DNA of 63,894 bases, filler included, from Lenisia limosa (taxonomy: Eukaryota; Protista; Breviatea), in assembly GCA_001655205.1 (NCBI GenBank). It is 8 parts of 8 records of this genome, joined end to end, with 100 filler letters (N's around TTAATTAATTAA, not from the genome) between each part and the next. Parts side by side here need not be neighbours in the genome. Positions count along the whole stretch, not along the records: positions 23,729 to 35,755 come from LPNZ01009901.1; positions 35,856 to 51,939 come from LPNZ01009090.1; 6 more parts are not named here. One strand, 5' to 3'. Below are positions 23,975 to 38,800 of this stretch, piece by piece. A model generated the notes under the pieces. It worked only from the letters and a program-made list of their open reading frames with translations, was not told the origin of the DNA and made no database searches. The position numbers and the translations under genes are program-made. Within the stretch, counting starts at the first letter, position 1. Every line of letters starts with the position of its first letter.

Positions 23975-26900
23975 GCAAATGTCCCAGAGGATTTGTCCAA
24001 TCAGGCACCATCTGTTCTGGCGCACAGCCTGGACACTATGCTGTGGACGGCGTTGAATTTGAGTGTGATGAGTTTTCCTATTCGAGCAGAGGCCAAGATA
24101 AATGCGTGAAAGTGGGCAGGGTTGGCAATGTAAGCTCATTTCTCTTGGAGTACCTCAGTCTTTTCTCTGATTTGTTTAGTGCCCAGGTAATATGAAAATC
24201 CCCTCTCTCTCCAACAGGACGACAATGGTTGGTCATTCACCATTGCTTGAAAATATGTGTTATTAATTTCCACTCTTCCTCCAATATATCTTACTGGGCT
24301 CTAGGAGAACTGTAAATGTTCTCCTTTTGGTGTCGGCATTTATTGCGAACATGCTCCCGTGGTAGGCAAGATAGGTTAAAAGATGTTTAAAAAGTTGAAG
24401 TTATTTGCTGATCTTATTTTGCTGTATATGTAGCTATGTTCACTGTTTAGGGATTTTCCCTGGATGAACCGAACAACGGCATAGTACTGAAGACAATTGG
24501 AGTTGGCAAAGAATTATTTATTTCAACGCTATTCAATTATTTATGAAATATAGTATATGCTAATCTTTAATGTATCGCCTTGCATATTGTTGGCTTTTGG
24601 TTAAAATTTCCCCTTCGATTATCACATCACATGTAGGTAGGCTGTCCCCAGACGAAGCTTACGCAGCAACAGCCTCAGTTTTTGGAGTCATCTAGCCTTT
24701 CGAACTGCTTCTGCGACTGGGGCAATCGCCTCATTGTAAACACTTGTGAACCCGTGAGGTGGTTAATTTTTTGTATTTGGCGTTTAAGAGGGCAGCGTAC
24801 TTGTTTTCTGAAAGCAAGGTTTCAAATAGGAAAGTTGTCTGGGACATCCAAAGCGCGCTATTCTAAGTTGCGCATCAGATTGAACGTGAATCACGCCACT
24901 TTTGACTTAACAGTAGTTATCAATAGAAAATGGAATATCATGGGTAAATCGCTCCAAGGAAGGCCTATTCTTCATAATTAATCTAAACCCAGCTTTAAGC
25001 CATGCTGTTTATAATTGTTCTCTCGAATTCTTATTAAAAATAATAGTATATGAAGCCATCCACTTAATCATCAATATTGTGGTAACTCTCTGCATGCCTC
25101 CAAAAATATATACAACCAGAATCACGCCATTTTTTAGTCATTGGTTCAGATTGGGGATCCTGTTATTTATGCTCGGCCCTATGTTCTCAATGAGCAAAAA
25201 GTCTGCAACGATGCAATGTTTTCCGTGCGGGACAATTGGTGTGTCCCATGTCCTGGTGGAATGCACAAAGAAGTGACTGCAGTGAGTGGGTTAGACTCTC
25301 TAGCGTTTTCTACCAAGATGTATTTTTATGGTGTTTTATTAACAATGCTAGAGTACTTGTTCGGTCATGCTTGGATATCAACTTGTCACAGAAATGTCAA
25401 CCGCCATATGTCCGAAAGGGGCTTATTGTAACAACGGTATCGTTACATACTGTAGTGAAAACAGGACAACTGTTTTACTGGGTAGCATGTAAGAGGGGTG
25501 TTAGAACTGCAGGCAAAATACCCATTTTTTGAATAACATATTATTCATTTTTCTAGACCCTCCACTGCATGCGAGTGTAAAAAAGGCTTCACTGAAAATG
25601 CGTAAGCTGGTTTTGAATATATGAAGCCAGGTCACCCAGTTTTTCACTATTTTCAGTTATAACGAATGTGTTGAATGTCCTGCTGGAACGTACAAAGCTA
25701 TTGAGGGAAACTACGAATGTGCTAAGTGAGTTATTCTGATGTTAAGGTTCTGTTAACATAATGACGCCTCTAATTTGTTTTTCTCCCTTTCACCCACTCC
25801 TTTACGCACAAAGAGATGTGTTATTTCAACCCCTGGTTATTTTTTTAATTCCATCACCATATTAGATGTCCGGACGGTATGACATCTGTCGCCCCATTCA
25901 ACTCGATCACCTCCTGTGTCCCGTGTACGTCTTCGTCTTTTTCGAGTATCGGGAGCTGTGTTGACTGCTCCCCTGGTGTACCTGAACTTATTGGCAAGCC
26001 CATGATGGAGTCATTTCAATATGGTTTGCTGGTGTTAATCTTAAATGTTGGTTTTTTATGATCCGCTTCGAGTACATTTTCCTTTTTTACCCCGCCCCAG
26101 AACCATGTGCCTGGAACGCCACAAGTTTGAGTATTTGGCCGCCTCATTGTGACGGCATTCTAAATGTAAGCTGAAACAGTTACTGAAAGTAACAATAAAT
26201 CAATTTGGAGAAGATTAAACTTGTTTTTTAGTTTGCATGTCTTTCATAAGACTCTCAATTAGTAAAAATTTGGTCATCTAGTTGTAAATAGTTATCTCTG
26301 TATATTTATGAAAACTTCCGATTTGTGACATATATATTTGAGATTTGAATAGATTCAAGGTTTTCTGAGCTTTTGAAGCTCAAGAATACCACCTCTATTT
26401 ACCGGATCACATATGACATACTTTCCCCTTCCCACGGCCCAGTCCATATTATGTTCTCACGATGCAGGGTACAATGAAGTATCTCACTGACGGGTCAACT
26501 GAGCTCTGTCCTCCAGGTAAGTGGGGCACTGTTAGAGGACTACTTGATAATATTCTGAGTGGAGTCTAATCAATCTGTTGTCATTTCAGCCCGGTATACA
26601 ACACTACCAGCCACGGCAGCACAATATGGTTCCTTTTTAAAATAATATTTATGACTTAGCAGCAAAAATGCAACTCCGATACTCTCCCCACCTATATAGC
26701 TTGGTACTTAGTATTTTTTCTTTGAGTTAAAAGGATTTTTTTTTGTTTTCAATACTTCTCAAAACATTGCATAATTCGACTTGAGTGATAGTTTACCTGT
26801 CTTTGCGTTCTTTTATTGTTTTATTGTCACCTAGATACCAAAACTAAACAGAACAATCGAAAACAAAAAGTTGAATAATTTTTACAATCCTCTATAATTT

Positions 26901-29900
26901 AACTTCCTTCAGGTCATGTGAGCTATCCCTCAAACAGGGCACATTGTGCGCCATGCTGGGTGGGGAGCCATGCAGTTGATGGCAGTTGTGCAGCATGTCC
27001 ACCTGGTATGTGCGGTGTATTTGGACTTCCACTTTAGGTTCAGACACTCGTTTGAATTATCGTGAGTTATCGAGAAATAAGTCTGTTTTAAGAACAGTGA
27101 TTGATGCATTTTCACAGCCCCCCTCTCCAGGTACAACATCAGTCAAAGAAACTTCCTATGAGTGCGTCAGTTGTAACACTTTGTTCGGGACATCCCCGTT
27201 GTACTGGTTAGAGTCGCACAATTGTGTTCTTCTTCCAAGTCCAGTGCGAGGGAGGGGTATAGTGGTTGATGTACATAATTGTGCTATATTCTGTTTTGCG
27301 TTATTGAGAGTTGGATATCCTTTAGCAGTTGTCTTCACCAGAGAGTTGGTAAATGCCTCCCTTTTTGGCAACCCAGCCCCCTCCCCCACCCCAAACGGAA
27401 GAAGCTCTTCTCTCACCTCTTCAGGGACCTTTTGTCAGTCAGGCGTCAACTCCAATGGCTGCCAACGTCACCTGCAAAGTGTCGTATACACTTCTTGGTT
27501 GGTTGTCTGGCTGATGTTTTTGTTTGTTGATATGGAGGGCTTTGGTCAGATATTATCATCTCAATAATGTGGTGGTTGAAGTGTTAGTAATAAGATTTGG
27601 GGTTTATTTTTTGTGTAGTGTGTATTTTGTGTGTTGTCATTTCAAAAACAGGACTTATTATGGTTCTTGATTGTGCCTCTATGTTTTAATGTGTAGCCTT
27701 TTGTCTAATGAATTTTCCAGCAAATGTCCCAGAGGAAATTTGATGTGTATACATAGCTACATTCATTTGTTATCAACAAAGGTGCTAGTTTACCATTTCA
27801 GTCAACGGCAGTGATGTGGCGTGTGGCGCTTGCGCCATTGGACAGTATATTACCCCAGAAGGCGACTGTGCTAACTGCACAATCTGTAGGTGATATATTC
27901 GTGTTGACATTATCATTGTGGATTGGTCCGTGTTTTTGATTTGTGAAAGGATGTAATGGTTTACATATCATATATTGCTTATTTTCTACTTGATCACAGT
28001 CAAATGTTTATCGACACAGCCAACTACTGTGATAATGGACGCCATGAGGTTCCATGTCCCACGGGTTACCGTGATACTACCACCGGCAAAACAACCAGGG
28101 TAAGCCCCTTTCATTTTTAGTGGTTGAATTACTAGTGGTTGAGGAACTTGTTTTTACTTCTCTCAACTACACTGAAAGCATTACAAGAGTTGTGTTTTTT
28201 ATTTATCTTTTTACCCATTTGTAGGAACAATGCCTTTTTACCTGCCCTCAAGGGCTCTACTTCAACAATACCTCTCAGATATGCAGCGAACCTGACGGTA
28301 TGCGAATCAACTCAGAATCACACGTGTTTGATCAAAGGATGAAGATAGACAATGCTAAAATTTTAGACTTTCACTATGCCCAAAACCAAGTTCAGTACGG
28401 CTGCCCTGGTGGCATGGTAACCACAGGTACTTCCAAGACGTCTCATTCAGACTGTCATTGTAATTCTCTGCGGAAATGCTTCAAGGATGGTGCCTGTCGC
28501 AACTGTGATGGCGGTGGGGGAGGGGTGTTTTGAGTAGTTTGGATGTGTGATCCAGTCTTATACAGTATATAGTTTGTATAAAATGATACTATTTTCAATA
28601 AAGCAGTCACCCAATTCTAATTGTGTTCTTTCATATTATAAAAATGATGAACTCCCCTGTCTTTGTTGTATCAAACTAAACTAGTGGAATAAATTCATAA
28701 GTGATAGGAGATATGGAGATATATGTTTATTAGGTCTTATTTCTCTCATTAGTGACTTATAGCATTTGGTTCTGTATGAATGACTGGGGATCTACGCGAT
28801 TATTCTCAAGTAAACAATGTTAATAAAATCTTTCAGACGAGTACCCCTTCAAGAGCGTGTCGCAGAAATGTCCCGAGGGAACCGTGTGGGACACTGACCT
28901 CGGAATACACCGTTGTATTCGTCCCGAAAATTCAGCCCTCTACAGCCTGGGGCTTGAGCAGTGAGGAAAGGGGTACGTACTCAGCCTGCATCCTTTTTAT
29001 ATTGTTGTGTATACTATCATATGATATATATATGTATATCATATTAGTTCATATTGGGAAATGCCTCAAATGGACCGAAATTCTAGCCCTCCTTTNNNNN
29101 NNNNNNNNNNNNNNNNNNNNNNNNNNNNNNNNNNNNNNNNNNNNNNNNNNNNNNNNNNNNNNNNNNNNNNNNNNNNNNNNNNNNNNNNNNNNNNNNNNNN
29201 NNNNNNNNNNNNNNNNNNNNNNNNNNNNNNNNNNNNNNNNNNNNNNNNNNNNNNNNNNNNNNNNNNNNNNNNNNNNNNNNNNNNNNNNNNNNNNNNNNNN
29301 NNNNNNNNNNNNGTTGTCAACGGTTTTATGCGAACCAATGGTTCAATATACGAGTGTAACGCATGTCCTTTACCCTCCATTGCACCAACTGTTGAGCTTG
29401 ACGCGAGAGAGTAGGCTCATGTTGATTAATTGGTGGTAATACGTTAATGGTAGTAGTAGTGGTGTGATGGTGGTGATGTTGTGGTTGTATTGATATCTCC
29501 AGCCTGATAGTTGCGGATGGCTGATTATCATTATCATTATCAAGTCTCATTTTCCTCTTCATCTCATGTCATGGCTTAGTGTTTCCGACTGTATCTGCTC
29601 CAAAGGATATGCTGTAAACCAGTTCGCGGAAACCTGCGAAGAATGCCCTGATGGTAGGTGTGGCCTGTTTGTTTCACTTTCTTTCGTGGTCTTGTTTTCC
29701 AGTATTCCTTCATTCTTCTCGAATCAAGTTGTACCGACTTACTTATCGTTTTTTAGGATATGTTTCAGAATTTGGTTCAAGTACTGAGAGATCCACCCAA
29801 AACTGTTTTCCTTGTGAGATTGATTCAAGAGACAAAACCATCTGTGGAGGGTATGAGAGTTAAAGGAATTTATTCTTTTTTGATGCATTATCAGATGTGT

Positions 29901-32538
29901 CGTCTTGTATAATAAATGGTATGCATATTTTATTAGCTTTATTATATCATATAATATGTATTATAGACATATGAATGAAGAATGTATGCATGTATTATGT
30001 GTATAATAGATTTTCATGTTCCGCAACAAGTGCTGATTTATTGAACAATGTAGCATCAAATTGCTTGTTCCAGACTCTATTTTTAGGAGGCTGATTGCTG
30101 AAATACGGTTGAAACTAGGTGTCACAAAATGTAGTTCTTGCCCCTTCCGAAGTATCTGCCACTTTGGAGTTCGGGAGTGCTTTGACAGGGCCCAATTCGT
30201 AAGTTCTTTGTTTTCTGTTTTTCATTTTTTCGTGTACCTTTTCTCTTCAATCCCGTCCCCAGGTGTATTACATGTTTAGTACAATAGTAGTTTTTCATTA
30301 ATGTGTTCCCTTTACCCCCCCCCCCCNNNNNNNNNNNNNNNNNNNNNNNNNNNNNNNNNNNNNNNNNNNNNNNNNNNNNNNNNNNNNNNNNNNNNNNNNN
30401 NNNNCAGCGATTTATGGGACCACTTGTGGCTGTCAAATTGGCTATGGAAAACATGTGACAAGTCGATCAGGATTATGTGAAGTTTGAGGGGAGGATGTTC
30501 ATAGGTGAAATGCATATGATGATTGAACGGTTCGTTTTTGCTGGTAATGTTTGAAGAGGTGACTCAGTTGGAGCATATGGGGACTGACGAGTGGGCTTTT
30601 CTATTAGATACATACACACCACACAACTGAAAACATTCCCAAGAAGTAGTATTGCTTACACTACTCAGGTAAAGTCATAAGTATGACCCCCACTCTTTTC
30701 CATGCGAATATTTTGCTCTTCTATACACCACTCCGCACATCACTATCGATGATACACGTGTTTACATGGAGAGCTTCAGCTCAGCGTCTTCTTTTATTCC
30801 TTTTGCATTATCAGATTCTAAGCACACAGGAATGTCCAGCAGGAACGTATTCAGGAGACACCTCCATTTCGTGTTATTACTGCACCCCCGGCTATTATAG
30901 CGGGGCGGGATGGAGGAGTTGTAAACGTAAGTGGAGGGTGGGGGGTGATGCGTTGGTCCAGAAAATAAATTAGTTTATATGGGGTTCCTGTGTGTGTTTC
31001 AGAGCTTAAAAGAAGCATAAAGTACATTATTATTTTCATTCTACAGATTGACATATAGTCTAGGCTAAATAAGATGGGTAAAAAGGGGGGCATATTTTTG
31101 AGAATAATTGAAAACTATCTGTTATTTTACATTTCTTCTTAATTGATCATTTGGCTTATCCTTTTATGTACATTTTGAATACTGTGTAGTGCTCAGGTTT
31201 TAAAATTCTTTCTGGTAACAAACTAATATTTTTATTCTCAGGAGCAAATATGGAGCGTCATTGCAGTGATGCAGATTATGGTGTAATATAATAAATACTC
31301 CTTAGAGTATTGTTTTTTTTTGAGAATTTTATGCTATCTTTTTTTTTGTGTCTGTGCTTTTTGTTTCCTAGATGAATGTAGGATATTTCTTGCAATCAAA
31401 ATCTGTCTGACACACAGCCTGTGATTCGTCGTGCATAACGTGCACTTCTTTTTATGAGTGTTCCGAATGTGCTACTGGCCTCAAACCCGTTTTGAATGCA
31501 GCTGGGGTAAGAGGAGTGTCCGGAGTACATTTACACCCAACTCCTTGCGTTATAGTACATTTGATTAATTCTTTGAATATTGTTTTTATAATATATAGTT
31601 TGAACTTGTTTTGTTTTTCTTTTTGACCTAAATAGACCGTTGCAGCATGTCGAAAGTTTTGTCCAATTGGAACGTATTTCAATACCACCCACTGTGTCGG
31701 TAGGAGGATTGGTGTGTTCTGTTGTTTGAAAAAACGAATCCGAAGACAATTTCTTAGATTAGTGAAATTGCTGTTTAATTGGCTCTGTCATTTTAGCGAA
31801 ATCACAATTTTCTTGAAATTATTTTCCTGAGTTCAAAGACATGTACATATTTATATCATAAAAAATATGAAAATAGCAGTCTTATTGCCCATATGATACG
31901 TTTTGTTTGATGTTTTAGCGTGTTCGGAAGGGTGTCAGGAGTGCACTGGTCCTGGTGTGGACCTAGCTAAATGTCAAGCATGTGATACGCATAAGGTGAG
32001 AGGATTTGTATATATTCAAACAGCCTTCATTTAGACCGTTGCTGAAAAACAGAAGAATATCTCTGATGAATCTTCAATTGTTTTATTATTGTATCCTTGA
32101 CAAGTTCTATTTTATAACTAGACAACTGAAATTTTGTGAAAGCTTGTTCTTTGTTTATTTTTTAGGGTTATTTTCTCACGGAATCGAATATTTGTGGCAA
32201 AGAGTGCATGGAAAACTACTACGTACACCCAGCTTCAGCTGTGTCAAGACGGAAATGCAAACGTGGGGGGGGGGGGCAANNNNNNNNNNNNNNNNNNNNN
32301 NNNNNNNNNNNNNNNNNNNNNNNNNNNNNNNNNNNNNNNNNNNNNNNNNNNNNNNNNNNNNNNNNNTCAGCCCGAGATCAATAATCACATGCTTGCTTCA
32401 GCAATCAGGGTGGTTGAAGAAACGCCGACTATTATTGAGGTCAGTCGAAAGACATCTTTTATGTACCTTCCCAACTGTCTTCTGAATAGGAAATACCTGG
32501 ATGACTTCGTGAAACTAATAATAAGCTTTGAAATATGA
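23975..32538 (+). CDS. Very large Cys-rich repeat surface protein (CPAGTY / CxxC-type, GCC2/GCC3 or ephrin-receptor-like repeats), many small exons
   Basis: Exons such as KCPRGFVQSGTIC, ECVECPAGTYKAIEGNYEC, CPDGMTSVAPFNSITSCVPC, CGACAIGQYITPEGDCANC, CQKCPEGTVWDTDLG, ECPAGTYSGDTSISCYYCTPGYYSGAGWRSC. The 5' end is cut by the spacer; the 3' end is unclear. Confidence 0.8.
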
Positions 32539-32689
32539 AGTGTGTACACCAGATTTTGTTAAAACTTAAAAAAGGTAATTACAGAGAGTCCTACTAGGGA
32601 TTTTACCGCTCAATAGTATCTTGGATCGAATTACATATGATTTTGGCCATCATTTTCCCTTCTCCAAGTTCTATCTTCATATTATTATT

Positions 32690-35600
32690 ATGATTAGCAT
32701 GGCTTTGGCTTCCAAAAATAATGTAAATTCGTGTATTAGACAGCAGTTATAGCACACTGCTCCTGTTGATATTGAAATTTACATATAGGTAAGAAGTTAA
32801 ATAATAATGATGATTGCCTTTTGTCATCATTTCAGTTTGAAATAGCTATTTTCGCTGTGGATACTCGTCTTGAACCACCCCAGTGTGGTCAAGAGTCGCG
32901 GTTAGTTACTTGCCCTGACTGGAGTAACACCTGCATGTAAGCCTCAGATGACCCACCAGGTTTTTTCTGCTTTGGACTTAATACACTGGTTGCGGTAAGT
33001 CCTGACTTGTTTGACGTGCCAGGACTTATCGCGGTCAACAATGCAAAGCTGCAGTTAAGATGAATGAACTGTCAAGTATTGTTATTGTTATTGTTATCAT
33101 AAAATATCTGCTCTTAATAGCCATGTCTTATATTATATAATAGCTTTAATAGCATGTTGTTTTCATATGATACCATGCTTGAATGTACAAGTATAGCATA
33201 TGCAATCTGACAGAATATAACAGTGTTTATCCTCGATAACCTCGCAGAGTTGACATGACTCTCTCATTTGATGAAAGTGAAAGAGACACATCTCTCTTTT
33301 CATTTGGTAAGTTTTTTGTGTTTTTTTTTTATTATTATTATTTTTGATAACCCGATCGCCTATAATTTGGTATAACTTAAACCAGGTCTCCTTATTTTTT
33401 CATATCAATCTACATTCATATGATGTCATAGCAATATGATATACTGAGCATTTTTTATACTAAGATAGTATCATATACGTGTAACACACCATATAAACTC
33501 CCTCACCCTCCAGCATGGATAAGCTGCCAGACTCTTCCTGGAGCTGTAAGAAATGGGCTACGAACGGTCAAAGTGGGTGAGGCGTTAACAACCATATAAT
33601 AATACAATATGATAGTGCACCACCACTTTACCATTTTTCTTTTCTAATGACTGTGTGACGTAGTGTAGTTTAAATGGTATCTATCTGTTACCCTTGTTTT
33701 GATTCATTCTATACATCCTGACAGTTACACAATATTTGACGAAGTAACCATCGCAGGTATACTCCAATCAACTTCTAAGGTCGTTTGAATCCTCCTTACA
33801 AAGACCAGGTATGAAGGAGCTAACTTTTTTAAATTACATACAAATATTCCATTTCCGTTAAACTATTTTCATTTCGCTATTTGTTGGGTTTTTGTTTACA
33901 TTCTCAGTTCAATTTTATCCTATGATATTTTAATTGAAGAACACACCGACATCACCCTATTACTTTATCTAGTTTTGTTTTGACTGCGGTGATATTTATG
34001 TCTTTTTAGGTTACTATTCTCTGGTTGTTCCGACTTTCCATGCAGTATACGTCAACGATTATGCAATTGAGTAGGAGCGGATTATCATTATGTACAGCCT
34101 TTGTGGAAGTGATGTTTTGAAAAATTATAATTTGGATTAATCTAGGTGAAATCATTATTGTATTTTCTGAATTCCGCTTTACAATGTTCTAGGTTCAGCC
34201 ATGCACTCTCCTCGTCATCCCAACAAATGACTTACCAATCATTGAACTCCTCTTGGGGGGCTGTTCTTCCGAAAGGCTTCTTAAAGGCCACGCTGACGGC
34301 CTATTGGAAGTTTGGGGGTTGTTGGGTTTCACTCATTATAATACGTCAAACTAAAATTTTGGTACTGAAGCACATTCATATTTTAGTTGATCTGTTCACA
34401 GTTATGCTACAGAGTTGTATAAGATTTACAATATTCGTTCTTTTTCCAATTATCATATAATAATCTATCGAATAAATGTATAAATATGGATACATTTTTT
34501 TTGTAGACATATTATATGATGGTATGATATAAATACTATTGCTATACATAGTAATATAGGATGATATGTATAGTATACTACTACATTGTATTACATTTAA
34601 TATATACATGTATACTACATGCTATTGATGCAAAATGTTGCAAAAATGATCAATATTTTGAGCATTTCTGGATAGTCTCGTTTTTTAACACTCCTAGGGG
34701 AACTGAAGGGGTGTTTAATGGAGATGGAGCAGTTTATGAATTGATCGACAATGTAACAATCACCTCTTCACTGGTACGTGGTGCAGTTTATTCTGTTTTA
34801 TTTATATCTTTACACTCATCACAACTCACACTTATCTTATGTTGTTTTCAATTACACATCACCATTTTCTTTTGTTATTTCATCATAGGAGTACTTTTCT
34901 AACAAGGCCACAACGGAAGGCATGGACATTGAGTATATGCCGACGCCTTGGTTTGAAGTCAGCCCCTTCACTAAGTGCCACCTAGTTGCACCGTGTAAGT
35001 CGAAAATGTACCTCTCTCTTTTAATCCATTACGTTCTATTGAATTAAGAAATGAGTACTACATATAGGTGTATTGTTCTTCATCGCTCCTGTAAAAACTG
35101 CAAAAAAATGCTATCATTATTTTATTTTTTTTTACCAAATGAAGTAACGAATGAATTGAGGTTGGATTTACTTCATAAAAGGAGCTTATACAGTGCCCCT
35201 GACAAATACGTTTCTTTACAAACTAATTTTTTTAGCTAATATGCGATCGGCTGTTCAAGATGACCTCAACTACTCAGACGGGTACATTGCTGGAACTGCT
35301 GTTCAGGAATCCTGTGGGTGAAGGCAGTATTCATTTCTTCTTTCAAGGAGTTCAGAGCTGTTGTTTTTCTATGTTTTTATTCCATATTGACATTTTAGCC
35401 TACCATACTTGCCAGTTCACCGAAGATCAACTTCCAACTTACAACGCTGAGTTCAAGGTAATGCCGTTGTTTTTTTGTTTAGAACATGAAGATTACACAT
35501 CCAATAATGGGTCCCTGGGAGTTCTCCATTTTATTATTGCCTTGAGCCCTTTGTAGAATAAGCCGTTTTTTTTTGTTTTAATTCCTTAAGATTTAATTGT

Positions 35601-35755
35601 CGCCGCTTGAAAGGTGCAATGTGTGTTTTTAACTGTCGGATTGTTCTATTTTTTTTTTTCTTTTATTGTATTGCCATTTCACATAACTCCTCAGCTCATG
35701 GTCTCGCAAGATGGAGTGGAGTGGATCGAAACCGCTTTTGGCCCACTTAATACTT
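32690..35755 (+). CDS. Multi-exon extracellular-type protein (possible IPT/TIG-like beta domains); may be the continuation of the Cys-rich gene
   Basis: Exons WISCQTLPGAVRNGLRTVK, GYYSLVVPTFHAVYV, EYMPTPWFEVSPF and LMVSQDGVEWIET; the last resembles the V.VS.NG..W end of IPT/TIG domains. Truncated by the spacer. Confidence 0.45.
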
Positions 35756-35855
35756 NNNNNNNNNNNNNNNNNNNNNNNNNNNNNNNNNNNNNNNNNNNNT
35801 TAATTAATTAANNNNNNNNNNNNNNNNNNNNNNNNNNNNNNNNNNNNNNNNNNNN

Positions 35856-38800
35856 AATGAATGACCCTACCCCATACTTCAAATGTCTATTGATTGTTAG
35901 CTTTTTCATTTTATATTGTTTCATTTTCACTCACCTTGACATGGAGTCTGAGCGCGCGGCAGCAGACGCAGGGAGACCAGCAGAGAGCATAACACTGGGG
36001 GACTGAGGCAGGGGTCCTGCAGGGATAAATATTGAAGTCACTTTGTTCAGATCGTTTTAGTTTATGTCTTACAACAACATATCATATCGTTTACATTACA
36101 TATCATATCATTTAGAGTTAGAGTTTATCATTTTTTATTGTATTAATCGTTATAGCCTAGTATATTTACAATCCCATCAAATGCAACGGTTTTAAACACC
36201 CCTCGAGGTATATCTCCTACATCCACATCCTGCCACCCCCCCCNNNNNNNNNNNNNNNNNNNNNNNNNNNNNNNNNNNNNNNNNNNNNNNNNNNNNNNNN
36301 NNNNNNNNNNNNNNNNNNNNNNNNNNNNNNNNNNNNNNNNGGCGGGAGTGACGGGGTCGACTTGACCGGGAGACATCTGAAGGAATTAAATGGAACGACA
36401 ATGGGACAAAACTGCGCAGCCTGATAGACATCGTGATACTGCATACCATGGCAATATATCAACAACTTGAATATGTACATGTACATATGACATTTAATAT
36501 GGCATCATATATGCATATGGTATTCTAAAATTGTTGAGTGCATTGGTTGGCCATTAGCGTTTGCAATACATATTCCCCGTTACCTGTGAAGAAGACTGCT
36601 GACTGGAGTTGGCTGGTTGGTGGTGGGAAGACCCGGATAAATTCGGACGAAGATCCGACGGGTCGTTTACGTTGTGCGTGATCGCCTCATCAGCGTCCAT
36701 TTGGGCCTCTTCCAGGAGCAGAGAGCCGAGAAGATGCATTGCCCGAGGGTTACCTTGGCGTGACGCTTGCGCAAACCTGCGAGACGTGATGACAATAAAA
36801 AACCATAGAAGGGTATTCGGAGAATCATGTCAATCAAGGTGTTGCAATGAATCTGCCCCGAACTCCCGAAAGTTCTCAAATATGTAAAATTAAATCATGA
36901 AACCAAAAATTGATACCCACAGATGTTTCGCACGAACGAAGTCCTTATCCACCCCGTGGCCTTTCAAAAAACATTCTCCTGAAGGATAAAAAAAAAACAG
37001 CTGTTGGGGGTAAGGGGGGATACTTAGGACTTTATAGTGTTTCGAACAAAAAGCTGAATTGGGATAACTAACTAAACATCCACTTGAAAAAGTCTCCGAA
37101 TAATTAGAAATGGAGAGCCTTTTCTTATTAGTTACAACCCCCATCCCAATTTACGCTCAGAACCTTGAGATTCATCTCCTTTGAATCACTCCCCACCCAC
37201 CCAGGGTGGTTTTAGCCTCAACATTGCCTGACGCACTGGCTCGTTCCAACAGAGACGCACCTCGCAACATGTCCTAATAAGTCATTAAGAGTTGGCGTTG
37301 AAAAGTATTGGAGAAAGTGATTTGATACGAGTGAAGATATTATATAATTGTGATGGTATGAGAAGCAAACTGCGCGAACAGAAAACTCCCTTGTAAAGGT
37401 AACTAAAAGAATCAACAGCATTCAAAACAGTATAAATATTATGAAAACACTGAAAAATACGTAATACACATTTATATTTCATATTTATAAATCTATTAGA
37501 TAGGCACTCCGCAGCTCACCACAGGGGCCTCCCCGCCTGGTAGCAATGCAGAACCAAGGAGGAACATCGCATTACTGTCTTGTCGTCGACAAGCTTCCGT
37601 CAACCTGGGGGCAAAAGTAAAACTATGTTGTTTCTATGGGATACGTTTTATCCACCTCGATATATTTACGGAGACATATTTGAAGAAGAAAAAAAAAAAC
37701 AGCAAACAATTTGACAGTAATATTCCACCAACCACTTAACAGCCAGGGGTACGTCACAGGGTATCCCAATGGCCTTGAGGGACACCAGTCCGATCATCGT
37801 CATTGCCGGGGCATAGTCCAACTAGATGGGGGGGGGGGTAAATTGGAAATTTATGAAACAAAAAAAAACCAAATCAACTCTGTTGGGGCTGACAACACAC
37901 ATAAGGGTTGATAACAACAAAGCAAACAAAGCCCAGNNNNNNNNNNNNNNNNNNNNNNNNNNNNNNNNNNNNNNNNNNNNNNNNNNNNNNNNNNNNNNNN
38001 NNNNNNNNNNNNNNNNNNNNNNNNNNNNNNNNGCAAATTAAAATAAAAACCCCACACATGTGGCAAAAAATGGGAGAAACACAGTGAGGTTGAAAACAAA
38101 AAAGCCGAGGCCTGTCTTCCGTATCTTCACTGCATCCCATCGCTCCAGTAAGGAGGAGGGAGGGTAAATATCATTGCATCACATGGAATCACTTCTCCAC
38201 ACTATACAATATTTGAAACATTATTATATCTCCCGCCAACGGTTACAGCCTGCGAGTATCTCTGGAGAGCTAACTCGGTGCTTTTCGTCATCATATGTCC
38301 GTAAAGATATCGATCACCTTCGATGCTAGGTAACATGGTGAGTGACTATGGAAATAGACAAAAAAAGAGAACACCCGTAACTTTCATGACAAAAATTATC
38401 AAACATGTCATATTATAGTGAACAAAATTCAGTAAAGGGAGCAAAAACAAGAAATACTCCTTGGCCATACTATATGATATAGATCGCCGCATACAAAAAA
38501 AAACAATTTCCCTACCAAAGCTGGGCTGCTTGGGACCTCTTTTGTTCATCTTCAAGTTGAACAGCCTGATACAATGAGGAAATTCGAAAAATTCAACAAA
38601 TTTCCAAAAAAAAGGATCTTCTTGTGCTGTTCAAACATCATACATATCATATATTATATGATGCTCTTTAAAAAGGGGGTTTTCCTGGTCAACAATTCGT
38701 TAGTTCTCGTTTTACCCCCCCCCCCCTCCCACAGTCCTATNNNNNNNNNNNNNNNNNNNNNNNNNNNNNNNNNNNNNNNNNNNNNNNNNNNNNNNNNNNN

